Shown here: in pieces, positions 59,141 through 64,000 of the stretch | Layout of the letters: each line of letters opens with the position of its first letter | How positions within the stretch are numbered: position 1 is the stretch's first letter | NCBI GenBank assembly: GCA_034428955.1 | Contig: DAOUGZ010000024.1 | Span: forward strand, 5,804-69,803 | Length of the DNA stretch: 64,000 nt | From: Anaerolineae bacterium | GTDB lineage: Bacteria > Chloroflexota > Anaerolineae > SpSt-313 | Direction of reading: 5' to 3' | Translations under genes and position numbers: made by a program | Notes under the pieces: generated by a model | The model's input: only the letters and a program-made list of their open reading frames with translations | Told to the model about the DNA's origin: nothing | Database searches by the model: none

Positions 59141-61411
59141 GTGATCGCATCTAGGGATGGCACGAACCGGTCACCTCGCCTGGATGCCCTCCTGGCCGAT
59201 GAAGGCCGCCTGGGCACGCCCCTACGCGCCCTCCTGTGGCTTGCCGGGCTCATGCTCCTGCGGGCCGTGCATGGGGGCAGCCTCTCCGCCGGCGCCTCAT
59301 GGGTGTTGCGGCTCTATCTGGCCATCATCCTTCTCATCGCCGCGGCCGTCGTGCTACGGCTCACCCCCGTCGGGCGGCGGCTCCGTTCCGACGACCTGAG
59401 TCGCTCGCTGCTGCTGGGCGCCTCGCTCGTGGACCTGCTGTTCATCAGCCTGCTCGTCTTCCACAGCGGCGGCCCCCTCAGCGACGCCGCCCTGCTCTAC
59501 CCCCTGCTGATGCTGCGAGTAGCCACCCTGTACCCTACCCTGCCCGAGAGCGCCGCCGTGGCCGTTCTGTGTGGGCCGGCCTACGCGGGCACGCTCTATC
59601 TGCAGGCCGGCGGCTGGTTCTTCCTCACCCAGCCGTTCTTTGTCTGGCGATATCTGGCCCTGTTCGCCGCTTCACTGGGCGGGCTCGCGCTCGGTTGGAC
59701 CCTCGCCGGCTACCAGCGCCGCTTGCAGGAGGTCGAGGCCCGCTTGAACTCGAGCCGCGGCGACATGGCCCGCCAGACGTTGACCCTGCAGCAGACCGCC
59801 GCTGACCTCAGCCGGCGCGTGCAGCAACTGCGGATGCTCCAGGAAGGCATCAAGGCCATCAACTCGTCGCTGGCCCTGGAAGACTTGCTGACCCTGATCG
59901 TCACCAACGCCGCCCAAGTTGTGCGCGAGGCACGCTGCTCCCTGGCTCTCGTCGATGACGACTCCGGCTTTGCCTCGGTGCGCGCCGTATCGGACCTGCC
60001 GGCAGACCGCATGCGGGCTACCCACCTGGCCGCCGGCGAAGGGATCGTCGATTGGGTCGTCCGCACCGCCATGCCGGCGCGCATCGCTCGCGCGGCGGAT
60101 GACCCGCGCATCAAGGGAACGCCCGACCCCGGCGTCGCTTCACTGATCAGCGTACCGCTAACCGCCGGTGGCCGCGTGCTCGGCGCCCTCACGGCCACTG
60201 CCCCCAATGAGGATGCCTTTTCCGATGAGGACCTGGAAGCGCTGGCCGCCTTTGCCGCCCAGGCCGTGGTGGCCGTCAAGAACGCCCGACTATATCAGAG
60301 CGTTCAACAGCGGCGTAGCGAGCTGGAGGCCATGCTGCGCGGCATCGGCGACGCCGTCATCGCCACGGACTCGCGCCTGCGCCTGACTCTGCTGAACCCC
60401 ATCGCCGCCCGCGTTTTCGGCGTCTCCCCGGGGGTCACGGCCGGCCAGCCCCTGCCGGAGATCATCGCCAACCCCGACCTGATCGCCCTTTCTGCCGATG
60501 CTCTGAAAGGGGGCGAGGAATCGCTCATCCGCGAGTTCGCCTTGCCTACCGAGCCGGGAGGGCAACCGCCGCGCTTTTACCAGGCCCTGGCCTCACCGGT
60601 GCGCGACGAGGAGGGGGAGGTGGGCGGCATCGTCATCGTCCTGCGGGATATCACCGAGCAGCGCGAACTAGATAGGGTCAAGTCGGACTTTTTGTCCGTC
60701 GTTTCCCACGAACTCAAGACGCCCCTGCATTCGATCAAGGGCTTTGTAGACATCATCCTCATGGGCAAGACGGGTCCGGTTACCGCCACCCAACGCGACT
60801 TTTTGGGCACCGTGAAGCAGCAGGCCGACGCTCTGCAGAGTATGATCAATGACCTGCTCGAGTTCTCGCGTCTGGAAGCGGGGCGCGTCCGCCTGCGCAT
60901 CGAGCGCCTGCTGTTGGGGCAGTTGGTACGCGGAGTGGTGGCGCGCCTGGAACCGCTGGCCGAGGAGGCGGGCCTGAGCCTGGTGAACGAGGTTCCCGGC
61001 GATATGGGGCTCATCTCGGCCGACGAGGCGCGCATCGAGCAGGTCGTCACCAACCTGCTCTCCAACGCCATAAAGTTCACGCCCCAAGGCAGTGTGACCA
61101 TCAGCGCCGTCGACCTGGGCGATGAGGTCCAGGTCACCGTGGCTGATACCGGCATCGGCATCCCCGCCGGGCAACTGGAGCGCATCTTTCAGCGCTTTTA
61201 CCAGGTGGACGGCACGGTCACCCGCTCCTACCGCGGCGCCGGGCTGGGTTTGACAATCTGCAAACATATTGTAGAGTATCATGGAGGGCGCATATGGGTG
61301 GAAAGCACGGAGGGCCAGGGCAGCGCCTTTCACTTTGTGCTGCCCAAGAGCCAGCATGATCCCGACGCCCCACCCATCAGCTTCTCCGTTCTGCCGCCCA
61401 GCCGTTCCTAG
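59141..61411 (+). CDS. Sensor histidine kinase: multi-TM N-terminus, GAF, PAS, HisKA and HATPase_c.
   Basis: GTG 59141 (ORF extends upstream, overlapping the previous gene). H-box SHELKTPL; G-boxes GAGLGLTICK. Confidence 0.8.
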   Translation: MIASRDGTNRSPRLDALLADEGRLGTPLRALLWLAGLMLLRAVHGGSLSAGASWVLRLYLAIILLIAAAVVLRLTPVGRRLRSDDLSRSLLLGASLVDLLFISLLVFHSGGPLSDAALLYPLLMLRVATLYPTLPESAAVAVLCGPAYAGTLYLQAGGWFFLTQPFFVWRYLALFAASLGGLALGWTLAGYQRRLQEVEARLNSSRGDMARQTLTLQQTAADLSRRVQQLRMLQEGIKAINSSLALEDLLTLIVTNAAQVVREARCSLALVDDDSGFASVRAVSDLPADRMRATHLAAGEGIVDWVVRTAMPARIARAADDPRIKGTPDPGVASLISVPLTAGGRVLGALTATAPNEDAFSDEDLEALAAFAAQAVVAVKNARLYQSVQQRRSELEAMLRGIGDAVIATDSRLRLTLLNPIAARVFGVSPGVTAGQPLPEIIANPDLIALSADALKGGEESLIREFALPTEPGGQPPRFYQALASPVRDEEGEVGGIVIVLRDITEQRELDRVKSDFLSVVSHELKTPLHSIKGFVDIILMGKTGPVTATQRDFLGTVKQQADALQSMINDLLEFSRLEAGRVRLRIERLLLGQLVRGVVARLEPLAEEAGLSLVNEVPGDMGLISADEARIEQVVTNLLSNAIKFTPQGSVTISAVDLGDEVQVTVADTGIGIPAGQLERIFQRFYQVDGTVTRSYRGAGLGLTICKHIVEYHGGRIWVESTEGQGSAFHFVLPKSQHDPDAPPISFSVLPPSRS

Positions 61412-61510
61412 CCTTAAATCTGTGCCTGGCAGCAGCCGGCCCAGAGAATCCGCTCCGGCCCTATGCAAAGCATGGTGCCGGGATGCCACAGCGCAAGAGT
61501 GAAGGTAGCC

Positions 61511-62557
61511 ATGGACTCTACCCATATCAAGACCGTTCGCTACTTTATCGCCGGCCTGGGGGCCATCGGCCGGCGCTTTGTGGGGTTGACCCAAAGCCAA
61601 GGGGCGCTGCTCGCGGGGCGCTATGGCCTACGCCTGCTGGCGGTGGGCGCGGCCGACTCCTCCGGCGCCGCTCTGGATTCCGCAGGGCTCGACCCGGGCC
61701 GGATTGTCGCCCTGAAGGAGGCCGGCCAGGGCGTGGCCACCTACCCCGGCACCGGGCGGCCACACATGCCCGTCGACGCGGCGTTGGCCCAGTCGCAGAT
61801 CGACCTCCTGGTCGAGGCGACGCCGACCAACCTGCGAGACGCCCAGCCCGGCCTGGGCTGCATCCGCGCCGCCCTCTCGCGCGGGGTGCCCGTCGTCACG
61901 GCCAGCAAGGGCCCGCTTGTGCTCGCCTATCAAGAGTTGGCCTCCCTGGCACAGCAGATGGGGGCGCGGCTGGCCTTCAGCGGCGCCGTGGCCGGCGGCC
62001 TGCCCACCATCAACCTGGGCCGGCGCGACCTGGCCGGCGCCACGGTGCAGCGGGTCGAAGGCATCTTTAATAGCACCACCAACTATATCCTCACCACCAT
62101 GGCCGAAGAGGGCCTCCACTTCAGTGCAGCCCTGGCCGAGGCCCAGCGCCGCGGCGTCGCCGAGGCCGACCCCAGCCTGGATGTAGACGGCCTGGACGCC
62201 GCAGCCAAACTGCTCATCGTCGCCAACAGCGTCCTGGCGCAGCCCACTGCCCTGGCCGATATCGCCGTCGAGGGCATCCGCGGCATCTCGACGGAACGCC
62301 TGGCCGAGGTGGGGCGCCAGGGGCGGGTGCTCAAGCTGCTGGCCCTGGCCGAGCGGGTGGGAGATGTCTACCGCCTCTCCGTTCGCCCCACAGCACTCGA
62401 GCGCAGCCACCCCCTGGCCCAACTGCGTCCGTGGGAGATGGGCGTGCGCTACACGACCGATACCATGGGCGTCATCTACTCGGTGATCGATGAACCGGAC
62501 CCGTTGCCGACCGCGGCAGCGGTGTTGCGCGATGTGATCGACGTCCTCGGCGGATAG
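61511..62557 (+). CDS. hom: Homoserine dehydrogenase.
   Basis: ATG 61511; NAD-binding N-terminus; ..GIFNSTTNYILTTM.. catalytic-region signature. Confidence 0.85.
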   Translation: MDSTHIKTVRYFIAGLGAIGRRFVGLTQSQGALLAGRYGLRLLAVGAADSSGAALDSAGLDPGRIVALKEAGQGVATYPGTGRPHMPVDAALAQSQIDLLVEATPTNLRDAQPGLGCIRAALSRGVPVVTASKGPLVLAYQELASLAQQMGARLAFSGAVAGGLPTINLGRRDLAGATVQRVEGIFNSTTNYILTTMAEEGLHFSAALAEAQRRGVAEADPSLDVDGLDAAAKLLIVANSVLAQPTALADIAVEGIRGISTERLAEVGRQGRVLKLLALAERVGDVYRLSVRPTALERSHPLAQLRPWEMGVRYTTDTMGVIYSVIDEPDPLPTAAAVLRDVIDVLGG

Positions 62558-62568
62558 GGAGAGGAGAG

Positions 62569-63999
62569 ATGCTGCGCGCCATCGGCATCGACCTAGGAAC
62601 CAGCAAGGCCGCCGTCAGCACGCTGCAGCGCGGCGAGGCGGTGGCCGTCTTTGGCCGCGAGCGTAGCCCGCTGGTTCCCTCGCTGCTGGGTTTCGGCCCG
62701 GCCGGCCGCCTGCTGCTGGGGCAGGAGGCGCGCACCCTGGGCGGCGAGGCTGCCGTGCACGTGGGCTCGCTCTTCCGCCCGGAAGCCGGCCGCTTGCCGC
62801 GCACGCCGCGCAGCCGGCGGCATACGCCGGTCGACCTTGTGGCCCTCTTCCTGGCCCAGCTCCGCCAGGGGGCCGAGGCGGCCCTCGGCGAGCCCGTGCG
62901 CCGGGCCGTGCTGACGGCCCCGGTCTCGGCCGGCCAGGCCCAACTGGCTGTGCTGCATGAGGCTGCCGCCCTGGCCGGGCTCTACACCCTGGCTATCATC
63001 CCTGCGCCCCTTGCCTTCCTCCTGGCCTATGCTATCGAGCACCCCCAGAGCCCGCATCGCCTGGTCCTGGTCTTTGATCTGGGCGCCGGTGGGCTCGATG
63101 TGACCGTGGCGCGGCTCTTCCATGGGGCGATGACCGTGCTGGGGCTGGCCGGTGAGGACTGGCTGGGGGGAGAGGACCTGACCGACACGATCGTCGCGGC
63201 GCTGCTCCGGCGCCTGCAGGCCGAGCGCCGGCTGCCTCTCGACGAGAGCCAGGCCGCCCGCCGGCGCCTGCGCCGGCGCCTGCATCTTGTGGCCGAGGAG
63301 GCCAAGGTGGCTCTCTCGACCGTCGATCGCGTGACCATCCCACTGACTCGAAAGACAACGGGTTTCGCCGTGAACCTGAGCGAGACGGTGACCCAGGGCG
63401 AGTACGAGGCGTTGATCCGGCCCCGCCTGGACGAAGCCCTTGAGGTCTGCAACCGGGCGTTGCTGGCCGCCGGGCTGGCGAGGGAGCGGATCGACGGCAT
63501 CCTGCTGGCGGGCGGCTCCAGCCGTATCCCCTTCGTCCAGAACCTGCTCGCGCAGCATTTTCCCAATGCCCACCTGCTGCGCGACGTGAACCCGCTGCTG
63601 GGCGCGGCCATGGGCGCCGCGCTGATGACGGGGCTGCTGCCGGAGGTGCCCTGCCCCGCCTGCGGCCGCCGTAACCCTATCGAACGGCTCGCCTGCGCGG
63701 GCTGTGGAACCGCTCTGGCCGGCGAGGAACGGGTGACCTGCCCCCGCTGCTTCCTGCTCAACGATGCCCGGCGGCGCGCCTGCCGCGGGTGCGGGGGGTC
63801 ACTGCGCGGCGCCCTTCTACAGAGCACGCGGGCCCACCCGGCGCATCACACCTGTTGCCCGCGCTGCGGCGTGCCCATGCCCCACAGCCGGGCCACCTGC
63901 GCCGCCTGCCACGCTCCACTCGGCGAGCCCCAACCCACCGGCCTGCGCTGCCCCCACTGCACTGAGGTATTGCCGGCGGGCAGCTATGCCTGCCCGGCC
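62569..63999 (+). CDS. Hsp70-family (DnaK-like) ATPase domain fused to C-terminal repeated C-x2-C zinc-ribbon modules; 3' end beyond the window (partial).
   Basis: ATG 62569 after GAGGAG. IGIDLGTSKAAV.. and ..LLAGGSSRIPFVQ.. actin-fold motifs, then CPACGRR..CAGCG..CPRC..CRGCG..CPRCG..CAAC..CPHC.. . No stop before 64000. Confidence 0.75.
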   Translation, partial: MLRAIGIDLGTSKAAVSTLQRGEAVAVFGRERSPLVPSLLGFGPAGRLLLGQEARTLGGEAAVHVGSLFRPEAGRLPRTPRSRRHTPVDLVALFLAQLRQGAEAALGEPVRRAVLTAPVSAGQAQLAVLHEAAALAGLYTLAIIPAPLAFLLAYAIEHPQSPHRLVLVFDLGAGGLDVTVARLFHGAMTVLGLAGEDWLGGEDLTDTIVAALLRRLQAERRLPLDESQAARRRLRRRLHLVAEEAKVALSTVDRVTIPLTRKTTGFAVNLSETVTQGEYEALIRPRLDEALEVCNRALLAAGLARERIDGILLAGGSSRIPFVQNLLAQHFPNAHLLRDVNPLLGAAMGAALMTGLLPEVPCPACGRRNPIERLACAGCGTALAGEERVTCPRCFLLNDARRRACRGCGGSLRGALLQSTRAHPAHHTCCPRCGVPMPHSRATCAACHAPLGEPQPTGLRCPHCTEVLPAGSYACPA

Positions 64000-64000
64000 T

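Overview
High-GC (~68%) bacterial chromosomal segment with strong GGAGG-type RBSs, frequent GTG/TTG starts and Tat-lipoprotein signals. Gene content and the hrcA-grpE-dnaK order suggest a Chloroflexota/Thermomicrobia-like organism, but this cannot be proven from sequence alone.

Content in order:
- A LysM/M23 peptidase.
- Two tandem paralogous 4-Cys membrane proteins followed by an FtsX-type permease with no ATPase gene.
- A UPF0104 membrane protein and RNase PH.
- A Mo-bisPGD (molybdopterin) oxidoreductase with an overlapping small gene.
- An HpnK-like/HpnI-like pair.
- A hybrid histidine kinase convergent with an atypical response regulator.
- A glycan-utilisation locus: FAD-oxidoreductase, sugar ABC transporter, URO-D-like protein, GH38 alpha-mannosidase.
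- Adenine deaminase.
- A frameshifted PEP-utilising (rifampicin-phosphotransferase-like) gene.
- A histidine kinase and a Zn-dependent polyol/alcohol dehydrogenase.
- Two hypothetical genes.
- A ~950-aa double-FtsX permease plus a small membrane protein.
- A complete oppABCDF-type peptide transporter.
- A ~0.9-kb low-GC non-coding stretch, an orphan DPPY DNA methyltransferase and an SPFH protein.
- KdgK-like kinase, a DUF89/ARMT1-like protein and a CheY-like regulator.
- The hrcA-grpE-dnaK operon with a CIRCE operator.
- An AlkZ-like winged-helix protein, pgi, a TPR protein, a BNR beta-propeller protein, a GAF sensor kinase and hom.
- A 3'-truncated Hsp70-like ATPase fused to zinc-ribbon repeats at the window end.

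Most notable non-genic signal: a conserved ~19-22-nt motif (CCTTGCRCAAGCTSCAAGG-like, containing the palindrome CTTGCGCAAG) present in four copies. Three copies sit 80-120 nt upstream of unrelated genes in the same orientation; two copies extend to ~90 nt of similarity. A second, ~50-nt dispersed repeat lies immediately 3' of two stop codons. Several long perfect inverted repeats also occur.
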